Source: Haliotis rubra
Taxonomy: Eukaryota
Direction of reading: 5' to 3'
Assembly: GCF_003918875.1 (NCBI RefSeq)
Contig: NW_025766980.1
Coordinates: 1,798,001-1,862,000, forward strand
Length of the DNA stretch: 64,000 nucleotides
Positions 38,199-51,671 of the stretch are shown piece after piece. Position 1 is the first letter of the stretch; each line of letters starts with the position of its first letter. The position numbers and the translations under genes are program-made. The notes below the pieces were generated by a model. That model was not told the origin of the DNA. It searched no databases and saw only the letters and a list, made by a program, of their open reading frames with translations.

Positions 38199-40067
38199 TA
38201 AGCAGAGGTATCTCTGAACGTCTGCACAGTAGTCGTAAATCAAAGTTGCCTTTTCTTCTCAAATTACTTCAGTCACTTGGTTGTCTGTTTTTACGGACCG
38301 CCTGTAAATACTTACAGTTTGAAGAAAAATTGCAGGCTACCTGTAGGGCAGGACATGCTGACGGCTTCACCAGATTTTCAGTGGTCCATTCATTTGAATT
38401 TCACAGATATTTTGCCCTTTACACCAAACAATATATTTCTGACGATGGTCAAGACTGGATATTCATTTGCACTGACGTAATTCTTTACCAGCAGATCTCC
38501 TGTATATTAATATTTATATCACTAACATGACTGAGGGACCTGGGTTTGACGTCCCTGAAGAGTTGTCAATGTAGGACAATATAATCATTAACCTGACATA
38601 AGAAATAACTGTTGATAATTAGGAGAGTTTAAAAGCCAGAACTTAATTCCGTCAATAAATGTCCATTATCATATTTTAATAAAATCGTTTTTTCAGGATT
38701 ATATGTTACTATCGTCAGGTCTAAAAAGTGCACATATCAAATATTGGATTCTCTGATAAATACAGAAGCACGCACATATGATGGTTGAGAGAGGAGCTTT
38801 CTGAAGTGACATCGTTTTACATTGAAAAACACCATGTCGTAATGCTTCTTTTTGAAATCAGCAAACCAATCTCAAAACAACTAAACTTGGCAGACATGTT
38901 TGCAAAATTGACATACATGCGATTCATGAATCTATAGATTATAAACATGATTACATTATCAACTTGTTTATATCCTTCACAGTCCCAAACACATTTTGGA
39001 CAAAGAAATAGCTAAACTGACGTATAAAAGAAAGTACACACCCGGTGCTTTTGGATTCTTTCCAAAGAGCAACGTAAATGTTTTTAAAAGAGTTTTTACA
39101 GTGATATTTAAGTCAAAGACTTTCCTAATATGTTGCCAAAACACCACAGGTATCGTGCCCAATTGCGAAGTTGCCAGTCAAAATCACAACACTTTTCAAA
39201 TAATCCCAAAACACCAGGTGTGTACTTTCTTTTGTTCGTCAGTTTATTTGTTGCGTTAAGGATCTTAATAGATCACGTCATCGCCTAAGTATACCGATTA
39301 TCGAGGATGAAGTATACCCAGTCTCGATGATCCATCGAATCCAATCTCAGATCTTTACAAGGGAAAGTAGGTTACCGTATTATTTGAATCGACCACAAAA
39401 CAAAAGTGATGACTCCAGGTGCTCGGGAATAATCTTCAGCAACAGGTATTCTCTGGAGCTGGTGTCTTGGTATGTTCCAATACCAAGCTTACACGCATTT
39501 TTGGAAACTGCAATAATGGTGGAAATCACCCACTGGAACGTGACATTCATTAGGGGATGAATATATACTTATGATGAAACGTGAAATAGGTGAGTATGTC
39601 CTGCCCAGACGGTGCGTCAGCGAAGTTCGAGGTTACGTCATAGATGTCCATTCTATGACGACAGACTACAAACACTAACTTAATCTGAAGTCGCTAACCC
39701 TGGAAATCCTATGCATTGCACAAGGAAATTTCGGAGGGAATGGAGTGAGTCAGTAGGAGTTTTCAACGCTATTTAATCTTGAATATTCACTTACGTCACG
39801 GTTGTCCATCATTTGGTCAAAAAGGTGTTCCCCAACAATATATTCAACAAAGGTTCACTTGTGGTGTTGTCGTAACAATGATCACGAACAGAAGTTATCG
39901 GCTATTCGAACGTTTGATCAACGGATTCTCATACAGACTCACGAACCAAAATTGTCTTTGTTCTTTACAGAAATTGTTGCTCTGAACATGAAAATGTATG
40001 TCCACATGAGTTTTCTGACTTTCATGAAAACCAAGTGATTCGACGTTTACCCATTTAGATTGTTCAC

Positions 40068-40233
40068 GGGACGGTAAGGTAGCCTAGTGTTAAAGCAATC
40101 GCTCGTCAAGCTGAAGACCCCGGTTCGATTCCCCACATGGGTACAATGTGTGAAGCCAATTTCTGGTGCCCCCGCCGTGATATTACTAGAATATTGCTAA
40201 AGGCGGCGTAAAACTAAACTCACTCACTCACTG
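40068..40233 (+). mobile_element. SINE family A
   Basis: A/B boxes, (ACTC)n tail, 10-bp TSD gattgttcac. Confidence 0.9.
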
Positions 40234-41187
40234 GATTGTTCACACATACTACTGACTTTAAAAAGACACCACAGAATATTGCTATCCACCGTGTGAAAAC
40301 GCACAATCTAGACATATGTAAAATCATTTATATCAATTCTGAGATTCTGAGAATAAAATTGTCAGTATATGATGGTTCAGTTGAAAGTATGAAGAACATT
40401 AAATCAACTAATTTTACATAATCATAAGTTTACAAACAGAAAACACGATACTTACGCTGAGCGATTGTGGAATTGACATTGTAAACCCTTCATGAACGAC
40501 CAGTTTCATTACCCGTGACATTCTGCCGGCCAACGCCGAGGAACGGCTTTAAGCCAGGATATTGATCAGCAGTTGTTGCTATTGGACTGAACCATTCCTC
40601 TGTATTTTCTGCGATGCATTGGTTCCGTTTACTTAAACGTTAGATATAACACATAAAATAAATTCTGTAAATATTCTGGTACTATATAGCGAACGTTTCA
40701 GTTATTGAATGATAAAGCAGAAAAAGATAATGAAAATGGCATACAGTGCAATTTTTAAACTCCTGTTCGCAATTGTAATGATTTCTTCATCAGAATCAAT
40801 CACAGGATTAAGTGTGATACATCGGGCGAGACAGGGAGTCTTTATAAGAAGGGCTTCATCAAGTTAATGCAATATGCTCATTTTGTTTGGTTGTCAATCA
40901 GACAGCGTTGCCAAGCGCTGTGTGTGGAGAAATATTGTACGACACCTATTGTAGTCAATGTTATATTCTCTGCCTGTGATGGAAAAACTGTCTACTGCAT
41001 AGAAGTGCGAGTATGTTTTGCTTGACAGTCTGCTGAACACAGTTATTTATGTTCTCAGATGAACTCGGTATCACACTAGCATAAAGCACTCATATACAAA
41101 ATGTACGTACCTATACACACAGACAGACACACATACACACATGTACACACATATATATATAGACTGTAAAGCATAACACTCTCTCTC

Positions 41188-41351
41188 NNNNNNNNNNNNN
41201 NNNNNNNNNNNNNNNNNNNNNNNNNNNNNNNNNNNNNNNNNNNNNNNNNNNNNNNNNNNNNNNNNNNNNNNNNNNNNNNNNNNNNNNNNNNNNNNNNNNN
41301 NNNNNNNNNNNNNNNNNNNNNNNNNNNNNNNNNNNNNNNNNNNNNNNNNNN
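41188..41351. other. Assembly gap (164 N)
   Basis: N run following a (CT)n tract. Confidence 0.99.
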
Positions 41352-44300
41352 GTTAGCTAAGTAGGCGACGTGTTCATGAAGATCCGGGTTGGAATTTGTC
41401 TTGACCAACCCAGGCATATCGTAAAAGACAAACAAACTTTAAGAGCGGGCATAAAAACTCACTTTATCCACACCCCATAATTGCATGATAAAATTCTGGT
41501 TCAGACTGCTTGTACAGTGACACACAGTAATAATTTGCATAGCCGAACATGCATTCGCCAGGCAATGCCATGTTACATTCTGTATACAGATTGCTGAGTT
41601 GGGCAATGAAATAACAAACAACAAACATACGGTATACAGATATGTCGGCCATCATTTCTAAAACAAACATGTCATGTCGAATTGATAAACAACCAATGTT
41701 GGTGTGTTGTAACCGCATATGTGATATCGACTTACATGTTGTCACAGTTTTATTAACGAGATCAAGTGGTATTTATTTTATTATATAATTGTGTAGCATA
41801 ATGTGATTGAAAAATATTCATTGCAGTTATTCCTGTGGCTCACTGTTTGATGGAACTGACATCAGATAGTGCATTCGCATATTATTTTATCCTCTGTTAC
41901 AAAACTGGATTTCGTAATACCAAGGAGTGTTGTGGATAATTTATCAGACAAAGAAAAAGAGAACTAATTATATGAATGATTGATTAAGTTTATATTTACA
42001 ATATCTTGGCGTTATATCGGAACTTAACATCTAACCAAACTGAAAATATACATCATGTGTGAATATGGACATCAATATCCATGGTTACCCGAATGTAAAT
42101 CAAAAGGTGTAATTTGTTGGACAGCCACCGTCAAACCGGTGATGAGGCAATGAAACATGAGTGTGGCTGGCTTAAAAAGTACCCAACCAAGACATCACAT
42201 TAATTGACCGTTCATTGTCAGTACATTTAAATCTTCTTCGGCATCATTTGATTCCTTACATAAACATGTAAAGACTGACTCAATGCAACCCGGCACAGAG
42301 GCAGAGAGTACAGTGATGGGTGTAACCGTAGCAGCAAAACATAGGCGGTGAAGACGGAATTGGGCAAATCAACAACAGACACGGTCCATGGTTACAATAA
42401 TGTTTGAGAGTCCGATTCACAGATGGCAAAACACGTTATGCAAGGGCAAAAGGTCTTGTGGGCGGTAGTGTCACGGTGTGTGTTGGTATCACGCAGGGCA
42501 GGCGACTGTGAAGGTCAAGGTGTAGAGTGTACGCTAAAGACCATGTACACTCTTTGGTCTTCAAGCTGAATGGCGTCAATGCAAGGTCAAAGCAAGGTAA
42601 TCAACAGTATGCCATCAAGGTGTCGTGCATGTATCGCCCAACACAGTGGACAACCCAGATATTGATCCCCTAGCTAGAAAGTATTTCACACACATTTATA
42701 GTCATTAGATCTTCACCGTTATTTCATCAGTTCGCGTTTTGTTGGCAGTATGTCTTTGCAGCTGCAAGAGTCTGGAAACAACCACTGTGAGGGCCATGTT
42801 TTCATAAGAGCACGAAGGCTGACTTTGTACCGAAACGGTTTAATCGATGTTTCTAGGTTGCAAGCAGTGTGTGATGTTCAGAACCGTTGACAATTCCAAT
42901 AAAATTAAAGCGCATTACATGCATTTTTTATCAACTTTAACGCCATTTCTACGGCCCTGCCAATACCACACTAAAAAATAATGGTCACTATTGATGCCGA
43001 CACTTACAGCGTAAACACCAACACGCCCCTCCCCCGTCTTCTCCCCTCCATTCCCATCTACTCTTTCCCCCTCTCCTGTCTTTCGCTCCCTATTTCCACA
43101 TTTTCACTTCTAGTACTTATCCGATATTTGCCCTAATTTTTCAATATAGTATATAAAGCAAATGCTGTACATTTCCGAGGATGTTACTTTCACATACGTA
43201 GATAATAAATATTGATGAGTAAAATGTGTGTAGCCAATTCGACAATACGACCTCATCGTGCCTTGACGTACATCCGGGAACTGATGCAAACAAAGTGGAA
43301 CAGCCAAGTAGGTATAAACTAAGACTTCTTTATTTTATTAAGTTCCCGATGTACCGTCAGATAGAGGGTTTAAAGTCAGTGTACGGAATTTGAAGTGGAT
43401 CGACAGATTTCTCAAGAGATGCTTTCGCTGCTGCATCAGCTTTTGTATTACCAGCAATACCAACATGACTTGGTAACCAATAAAAGACGATGTCGAACTA
43501 GTCAGTAGATAGTTCACTGTACGGTTCTAAAATAGTATCAAAGTGGATCAAAGGATGTGTCGGAGATGAAGTACTAAGTGCCTGAAGACAGGAGAGAGAA
43601 TCAGAGAAGGTGATAAATTGTATATGTATAGACTGGTGCTGAATGTATTCAACAGTGAAAACAGACATATTATTAGGAATCCTGGAAGACAATTTGTTTT
43701 ATCCAACGACAGTGACACTTGAAACCTTGCCACTATCTGAAAACATTGAACGATAAGTATAATATGTAGTTTCTAATTGTAATATATTCCTGTTCATAGA
43801 TTAGTGGATTAGTGTCAGAAAGAAGCCGGAATGGGGATATTATATCCAAGTCGAGACTAGCATCAGTAATATGGGGCTTGATCCAAATTCCAAATAACCT
43901 CCATCTCCAGAGGTTCAAACAAAATTTGAAAACATGTAAACAGGTAGGTATGGCTAGGAACAATTCTACCATGCTGCTTCGTAATAGTAAATCGTATCAC
44001 TGAAGTTTTGATCCTTCAGTTCAGCATCTATTGACATTGTTGCAATATATTGACTGATTGCTGTCTCCGCTCACACTCAACAAGTAGCGTACCGCCTCGG
44101 TGACGTGAAATGGTCTTAACTTTTTCACCAAAAAAGTTGCATTGTCTGATATTAAGAAGGGATTGATCTTGGGGTTCACCATTGGTAGATTCAACAACTG
44201 TAAATCTTGCCCAAGTGTCTTGTTGCTCTGCAGATGAAACATCTTCATTACAGGGAAGATGATTAACCTCCAGACACCTTTTTCGTCATTTCGTGAAATA

Positions 44301-44614
44301 GAATTTGCTTAAGACATGATGTTGACAATAGGTTCAGCATCCCCGCTCCGCACCCACCACCAGTGTCAACAAGGACAGTGTTTTATTGCAGCCGATATCC
44401 AACCTGCAAACACTAGGGATACAGGGGTGGTATACTCTAGTAAATACGACATAAGTAGCTGTATTTGTCTACCAAATACAATGTCAGGCTGGTTCGGCAC
44501 ATAACAAGAAATTACAGACATATAGAATGCAGAGGTCGACATCACGAGATTGACCCATGAGCCACCGCTTTCTGTTAAAGGACTCTTGTGTTAGTGCACT
44601 GAAAGTGTTGCGCT

Positions 44615-45493
44615 GGTTTATTCGCAGGAAGGCGACATTTTAGTTTTAGCTATTCGCACGAAGGCGAAACTCCGTACTCATCGATGTTTAGTGTTACAGT
44701 AATGTTTATGTAAGGACTTACCGGGAGATTAACAGGGGATTAGCGTAAGGGTGGCGACTAAAATTTGTACGTCGACGTCTACCAATGATAACCTGGAACC
44801 ATTATGCCACAACGGGCCCAAGAACAAACAACAACCTTGAAGGTTGGCATGGGCGGTTGAAGAAGTTGGTTGGCAAGGCCCATACAAATTTTTTTAGAAT
44901 TCCTGCTATTTCTTCTACGAGATATATATGCCGCCGGTCAACGCCTCCCACCAAAGAAAAAGAAGTAGATCTTCAGAGGAAGCTGGAGGAACTCAAGTTG
45001 AAGTTGGATTCCAACCAGATGACGGTGTACGAGTATGCAGACAGTGCATCGTATGTTCTTAAATTAAACTAGCATCTTAAGTGAACTCTGTACATATTTT
45101 AAGTGAAATATAGTATAAATGATAAAGTGATTAGCATGTTAGATGAGACTTTGTACATATTTTAAGTGAAATATAGTATACAATGATAAGATAATTAGCA
45201 TGTAAGATGATACTTTGTACATATTTTAAGTGAAATATAGTATAAAATGATACGATGATTAGCATGTTAGATGATACTTTGTACATATTTCAAGAAATGA
45301 TTTAATGAATACATATGTATGAATAAAATGATCATGAGCGTATTGTGGTTGTCGCCTTCCTCTGGGATTAAGGTTCTTGTATAAACACCCGAACCCATTG
45401 TTGCAAATGTCCACCCTTTTCGCACGAAGGCGAAAACGAAAAACGGCCCATGTTTATACACGCCCGAAAAAGTCGCCTTCCTGCGAGTGAACC
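44615..45493 (+). mobile_element. Non-autonomous Mutator-like (MULE) element
   Basis: TIR ggtttattcgcaggaaggcgac / gtcgccttcctgcgagtgaacc; transposase C-terminal remnant WNHY..PRTNNNLEGWH; internal ~63-bp tandem repeats at 45085-45290. Confidence 0.8.
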
Positions 45494-45762
45494 CTAAATC
45501 TGAAATAAACACAGGCTACTAAAAGTCACATAAAAATATTTGTGTTAATACACAGTTGCAATTTACCTATTATACAGCAACAATCGCCTTCTAGACAGAA
45601 TAAGGAATAAGGTTTTGGCAACAGTACTATCAACTTCGTAATTTGACATTAAAAAACAAATTTCTGTTCTTCGTTAAGATTAAAAAAAATCACCATATAT
45701 AGTACAAACATCGGTAAACAATTCTGATCGCAGGTCATCGAGCACTTAAGTAAAACATGTAA

Positions 45763-45975
45763 TTAATTTCCAATACAGTTATCATTGCACAACCGACAGG
45801 TGCGTTCTTCCACAGGTAAATGTTCATAACGTCCCGTTTCAATTCTAATTGGAGCAACCCCACATCTAAATTTGGCAAAAGCACTTCTGTAAGATCTTGG
45901 CATTAGAATATCAACATATTTTTTCAGTAAATTAACCGCAGTTATAAAAAGTTTATATGTACGTAGTTTAGATAC
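45763..45975 (-). mobile_element. LINE ORF2 C-terminal fragment
   Basis: KLRTYKLF..RSAFAKFRCGVAPIRIETGRY..ERTCRLC. Confidence 0.8.
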
Positions 45976-46149
45976 AAGGGTCATCATTACTCGATTTTCT
46001 GAGACATGGGAAACGAACATCTACAGTACAAGTATCTACCTACAGCTCGAGGTGGAAGGTATTTAGTAGTTGGAAGTTATATGGACAGAATCAGTAAGTT
46101 GGAATCCAACCATTTTATACACATGTAGGAATAAAATGAACATGAATGT

Positions 46150-46287
46150 CTTGTGGTTGTCGCCTTCCTCTGCGATTAAGGTTCTTGTATAAACACCTGA
46201 ACCCACTGAAAATGTCCACCCTTTTCGCACCAAGGCGAAAACGAAAAACTGCCCATGTTTTTACACGCTAAAAAAGTCGCCTTCCTG
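46150..46287 (+). mobile_element. Second copy of the MULE right end
   Basis: Matches ~45342-45483. Confidence 0.8.
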
Positions 46288-46877
46288 GGAAGGCGGTTCC
46301 CCACATACAGATAAGATGTTCCACTCTGTTCACTGATGCCTGCAGTGTTAAATCCGAGTGAGAAATGTGCATTTATATAAAATAAAAGTGTACAGATTAT
46401 GTTGTGTTAGTTTAGCTTCTCATCTTTTGCATCTCTAGTATTTTCACGGCAATTTAGACTCGAGATGAAGAGTGGTACAAATTTTCGTAAATTTTGTTTT
46501 CGTCACTCGAATTGGAGAAGGAGGTGTACAGTGATGAAACGTTTGTCAAGGAGTTCATGGTTCACACCATGGCATCTCAAGAAAGTTGAAGTCTTTACGT
46601 TCCTGACAGGTGTTCAGCAATTCATCTCAGATGACTTTAGATTCAGACTCCTCAAACGGTAACTGACTGGAAATAAGTCCCAATTCAACCAAGCAACAAG
46701 AAGACTCCAGCTCCCCACAACCAACCAACAACAAGATCAGGCATGCTGGCGATAGCCAACTGCCCCCGTCTGCCAGTTCAGTCTGACACAGCGCCAGGTC
46801 AGGTGATGTCGGCTGGGCTTCAATCTTTACATCACCTGAAGACTTGATATTGCAGATAGAGACGGAAGATGATAACA

Positions 46878-46966
46878 TCCACACCAACCCACACACACAA
46901 CCACACACACATCCACACACACACACACACACACACAACCACACACACACACAACCACACACACCA
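46878..46966. repeat. (CA)n-rich microsatellite
   Basis: Seen directly. Confidence 0.9.
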
Positions 46967-47373
46967 CGCGCGAGCGACACAGACCTCAAGTGATATGCGT
47001 TCAGTGACAATTCATACAAAACATGTTTCTTTCTATTTCTTTCAGTGAGACATGTTTTATAAAATATGATATAGGTATATATCTACATATATATCTACGA
47101 TAATTAAGAAGGAAGAACCGTTACAACTTAAATATTGTTATAATGGGTCTTTATACCTGTACCTAAATATCTGAAGGTGACAGAAATATATTAAATAGTG
47201 TTAATATGTTTTTAACACGAAGGGTTATACCACGATATTTCAAGGTTGAAGACAGTATCAGAGCCACTCATGTTCATATAACAGTGAAGGCGTTGGTCAC
47301 TGTAGGCATAGTAGACGCTACAAACCTTTGCAACCAAATTATAACATTACTAGTCTCGTTATGAGTGTAAAGC

Positions 47374-47379
47374 TTTATT
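47374..47379 (-). promoter_or_regulatory. Putative polyadenylation signal of the FReD gene
   Basis: AATAAA 70 nt downstream of the stop codon. Confidence 0.55.
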
Positions 47380-47448
47380 CAGCTTGTAGAGAATTGACAT
47401 GTACACCCTTTGTCACGGAGTAAAGCCCAATTTATTATGCATATGTTT

Positions 47449-47678
47449 TCATTGTTTTACTTTCATTTCAGTGAACGTGATTGGGTGTTTGAGACCCTGC
47501 CACACAATCCCCTGGGTTTTGAGAGAGGTATTGTATTGTCCATTCAAGTTGCTTCTGTGGCAAGCGTTGTACCACCAAGCACCTGTATGTTTGCGAGCAC
47601 ATCTGACTAACATGTGACTGTCCCGATCCTTGTCCTTTGTGCTGAATCGTTGGCCTGCATGGTACCGTAGACTGTCGC
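47449..47678 (-). CDS. Double-FReD gene exon 9 (last): FReD-2 C-terminus
   Basis: tttcag|GC DSLRYHAGQRFSTKDKDRD..CA..GAWWYNACHRSNLNGQY..GIVW..TEMKVKQ*. Confidence 0.93.
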
Positions 47679-47690
47679 CTGAAATCAGTT

Positions 47691-47994
47691 TACGATGTTC
47701 CTGAAGAGACATTTGCGTATCCAAACAAAAAACAATCTCGTAATAACGACTTATAATCTCATTTTAACAACTTTCAAAACTCGTTCTAACGACTTTTAAA
47801 TGTCGTAATAACGACTTTTTAATGATTCGTAATGATGTCCTCACATTTTATACATCACAATAGCCAGTCCACAGCATTACGAACTAACCTACATTTTATA
47901 CATAACCGTAGCTAGTTAGGACACAAAATTATAAGTCGTTATTACGAGATTATTTATTTTTTGGATACGCCAATGCCCCATCAGGAGCTCCGTA
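47691..47994. mobile_element. MITE with ~65-bp imperfect TIRs
   Basis: tacg..cctga..gcgtatccaaa..aatctcgtaataacgacttataat mirrored at 47929-47994. Confidence 0.82.
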
Positions 47995-48416
47995 TCTGTT
48001 AAATACAGGTCCAACGTTAATTCTGATGAACATGTTTTGTATTTTGTTTCACGGCGCACTAAATATAAACACAGTATGTTCGAACTTTACATTTACCCTA
48101 CAAAGAGAAAGGAACTTCACCGCGATGAGTAGTATTATTTGTGCGTAACGGGGGATCCTCGCAGGGCAGACATGCTTACCCTTTTCACGAACACCTGGCG
48201 TCATCACTAGTTTTCAGTAACCCATTCAAATATTTCTAACAGCTATTTAGACCAGTCAAGATTGTTTTGCACTGACGTTCTCTATCATTACCCATGGTAA
48301 ATCTACAAAGGGAAGTCTTTGCTTTACACCTGTTGGTCAATATCGGTGATAATATTCTGTAAACGCACTTTAATTTCATGGGGTTGAAATTGTGAATAAT
48401 TAAGTGTTTATCAAAC

Positions 48417-48581
48417 CTGCATTGCCACTGTAATTTCCAATGCTGAGTCTGTAGTAATCCGCTTTACTTGCCACCTTGAAGTTCTGATATATGGCATACC
48501 TCTTCTGTCCATAGATGTTCTCAAGGTCGATCCTTAACATGGTGTGTCCAGACTTTGTCAAACGATTTAAAATGTTGTTTC
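48417..48581 (-). CDS. Double-FReD gene exon 8
   Basis: ttgtag|GA NNILNRLT..LRIDLE..YAIYQNFKV..YRLSIGNYSGNA G|gtttga; 165 bp. Confidence 0.93.
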
Positions 48582-48822
48582 CTACAAAAGTAACAATATT
48601 ATTACGTCCCCTGGATCAACATAAACGCATACGAAAATAATCGATAAAGGTATCCTCTTGATATCAATGTTTCAATATATTTAGGCGTGTTTTAAACTGG
48701 TATATACATCCAGTAGATCATTTATCAGGAACAATTTTAGATCACTATAAAGCTCTGGCCGTAGTCATTGTCTTTTAACACGATAACTCCTATCAAAAAC
48801 AGTCAGATAATAGTATATTCAC

Positions 48823-48919
48823 CAATCCAAAATTCGCCATCTGTGTCACCAAATCCTCGAGCGTATTCCGCCCAGGTTCTGAAGAAGTTCTCAGACCCAC
48901 TTGTTCTTCTTTGAATAAC
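48823..48919 (-). CDS. Double-FReD gene exon 7
   Basis: tttcag|[33 protein letters not shown]|gtgaat; 97 bp. Confidence 0.93.
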
Positions 48920-49457
48920 CTGAAAAAATTACTTAAGCGAAATACATGTCTTCTTCAGTACGACATCGAAAAGGGATATTCCATATATTTCGCTTCCTTA
49001 ATAATATATTGTATTACCTTGACCTTCAAACTCAGCTCTGACGTGATTTCTAAAGATATGAGATGTTTTCTTGTTGCTTTCATTTAGAGTTCATGTATGT
49101 GAAGATTTGATACATCTATTAATAAATGGTCGCGATATTGAGTATACAAGCGTGAAATGTCCGTTGAAGCACAAGTGATATTACAAATAAGTAGTATGTC
49201 CTACCAATACTTTGTCAATGAAACTATTTTCAATGTAACTATAATACGAGATTAACCAGTCTCGATTATCGAGATTTTACTGGGTGTTAAACGCCATGCA
49301 GTGATTTTATACATTTTGCTCGGGAAAAGGGTAAAACGAATGTAAAACGAATGTAAAACGAATGTTTACTGTTCTGACACAAACATTTGAAAAGTTACGT
49401 CGAGTCACAGAATCACTTCCTCCTGATGTTGCATTATAAAATGAACATCGAAAAGAC

Positions 49458-50265
49458 TTCGTGAGTGCGACCTATTGATACAGGTTCTTGTACCCTACGT
49501 GAGTGCGACGTTTCGATACATATTTTTGTACCCTACGACCTGATACAGTGCGACGTTTATCGATACATTCTTGTACCCTTCTTGATACCCCTACGTGAGT
49601 GCGACGTTTCGATACATATTCTTGTACCCTGCGATGTTTCGTTGTACCCTGCGTGCGACGTTTCGATACATATTCTTGTACCCTACATGAGTGCGACGTT
49701 TCGATACATATTCTTGTACCCTACGTGAGTGCGACGTTTCGATACATATTCTTGTACCCTACATGAGTGCGACGTTTCGATACATATTCTTGTACCCTAC
49801 ATGAGTGCGACGTTTCGATACATATTCTTGTACCCTATACCCTACGTGTACCCTACGTGCGACGTTTCGATACATATTCTTGTACCCTACATAGTTTTCG
49901 ATACATATTCTTGTACCCTACGACGTTTCGAGTGCGACGTTTCGATACGTTTCGATATTCACCCTACGTGAGTGCGACGTTTCGATACATATTCTTGTAC
50001 CCTACATGAGTGCGACGTTTCGATACATATTCTTGTACCCTACATGAGTGCGACGTTTCGATACATATTCTTGTACCCTACATGAGTGCGACGTTTCGAT
50101 ACATATTCTTGTACCCTACGTGAGTGCGACGTTTCGATACATATTCTTGTACCCATCGTGAGTGCGACGTTTCGATACAGGTTCTTGTACCCTACGTGAG
50201 TGCGACGTTTCGATACAGATTTTTGTACCCTACAAGAATCTGTATCGAAACGTCGCACTCACGAA
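49458..50265. repeat. 38-bp minisatellite (~20 units) ending in an inverted copy
   Basis: Unit gagtgcgacgtttcgatacatattcttgtaccctacat; final tacaagaatctgtatcgaaacgtcgcactcacg is the reverse complement. Confidence 0.95.
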
Positions 50266-50449
50266 ATAAAGAACTTGTTATTCATCATGTTTGATGATCA
50301 ATATTATAATTTTCAAGGTCTTATTGTAAAATTGTTTATCTGATATTACAATGTCTGGAAGTGGTAGGGCGTTGACAGACATTGAACTTCATTTATCATA
50401 CCGCCGCTTATGCACACTTACCCGACACATTTAGAATAATTACGAAAGG

Positions 50450-50689
50450 TGAGTGAGTTTAGTTTTATGCCGCACTCAGCAATATTCCAGCTATATGGCG
50501 GTAGTCTATAAATAATCGAGTCTGAACCAGACAATCAAGTGATCAACAGCATGAGCATCGATCTACGTAAATGGGATACGATGACATGTGTCAACCAAGA
50601 CAGCGAGCCTGACAACCGGATCCCGTTAGTCTCTTACGACAAGCATGGGTTACTGAAGATCAATTCTAACCCGGATCTTCACGGGTTAG
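50450..50689 (-). mobile_element. SINE family B, full length
   Basis: 10-bp TSD ttacgaaagg; (ACTC)n tail. Confidence 0.9.
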
Positions 50690-51561
50690 TTACGAAAGGA
50701 CGAGATTTGGAATATTTATATGGAATGATAAGTATTTGTCTGGACCTTTATTATCATTAATCAAAGGATAAAATCGTTCAACTACTCTAGGCGGTTTCAT
50801 ACAATTCTGACTGTTATCCATCGTCGAAAGCAGTTTAATTACAATCTTTATGCAAGGTGACATTAGGTCAAACGTCCGGTTTAAGGCGATTGCACGGGAC
50901 GTGTAGTGTGTACGGCTGCTTTCACAAGTCCCTAGGAATGTAGGGTCTTAGGGCTGGTCATTTGAGACATGGTGCCCCAGTTAAACACAGAGACACCTCT
51001 GAGACACAGCATACCGAGCTGACCACACCTGACCACACCTTGTTCCCAGGGGAACAATAAGTGCCATCTAAAGTAAGCTGCTTTTAACGTCATTTGGGAT
51101 CGAACCCCAAACATTCCGATATCTCAGAAGACGCTTTGTTCACAAGACCAAGGAATGCTTTAAGTAGATCAGGTAAATGGCAAACTGTCATCATCAAATT
51201 TCTAAATATATCATCCAAATTGGAGATGCTAAACCTCATAACTGCACCCCATGATGAATTGTTGAACGACAAACATATCTTACTTTACCGTTATTGCAAG
51301 TATTTCCTATTTCATTCATATATATGATATATCTGATTAATATACTGGACCAGACAATTTGACATCACGAGCTCTGATCTAGCCAGTTTTGATGACATTC
51401 ATGAACCAAGTCCGCAAGAATGGGTTACTGAAGATCAATTCCAGCTGGAATCTTTACAGCTTAATTTATTACTGTACTCAATGTGTACTGTGTTTATATG
51501 TTCTAGTGTACGTGAAATGAATGTGTCTGTAAGATTTACTACATGATATTTCCACCCTCAC

Positions 51562-51671
51562 CATCCAGTTCCCACCCTCTGTTGTCGTGTCACAGGAAGC
51601 TGGGAAGGGACCCTTGTCATCAGGATTGACTATGTACGACCCGCCTTTATGCTTTGGAAGTCCAACGCAAT
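51562..51671 (-). CDS. Double-FReD gene exon 6: FReD-2 start
   Basis: tgtag|AT CVGLPKHKGGSYIVNPDDKGPFPASCDTTTEGGNWM|gtgagg; phase 1-0. Confidence 0.88.

Noticed and set aside
41076-41435. ORF spanning the N run
   Set aside because: Artefact of the assembly gap.
49458-50265. CRISPR-like 38-bp repeats
   Set aside because: Units are contiguous with no unique spacers, there are no cas genes, and the context is a eukaryotic intron.
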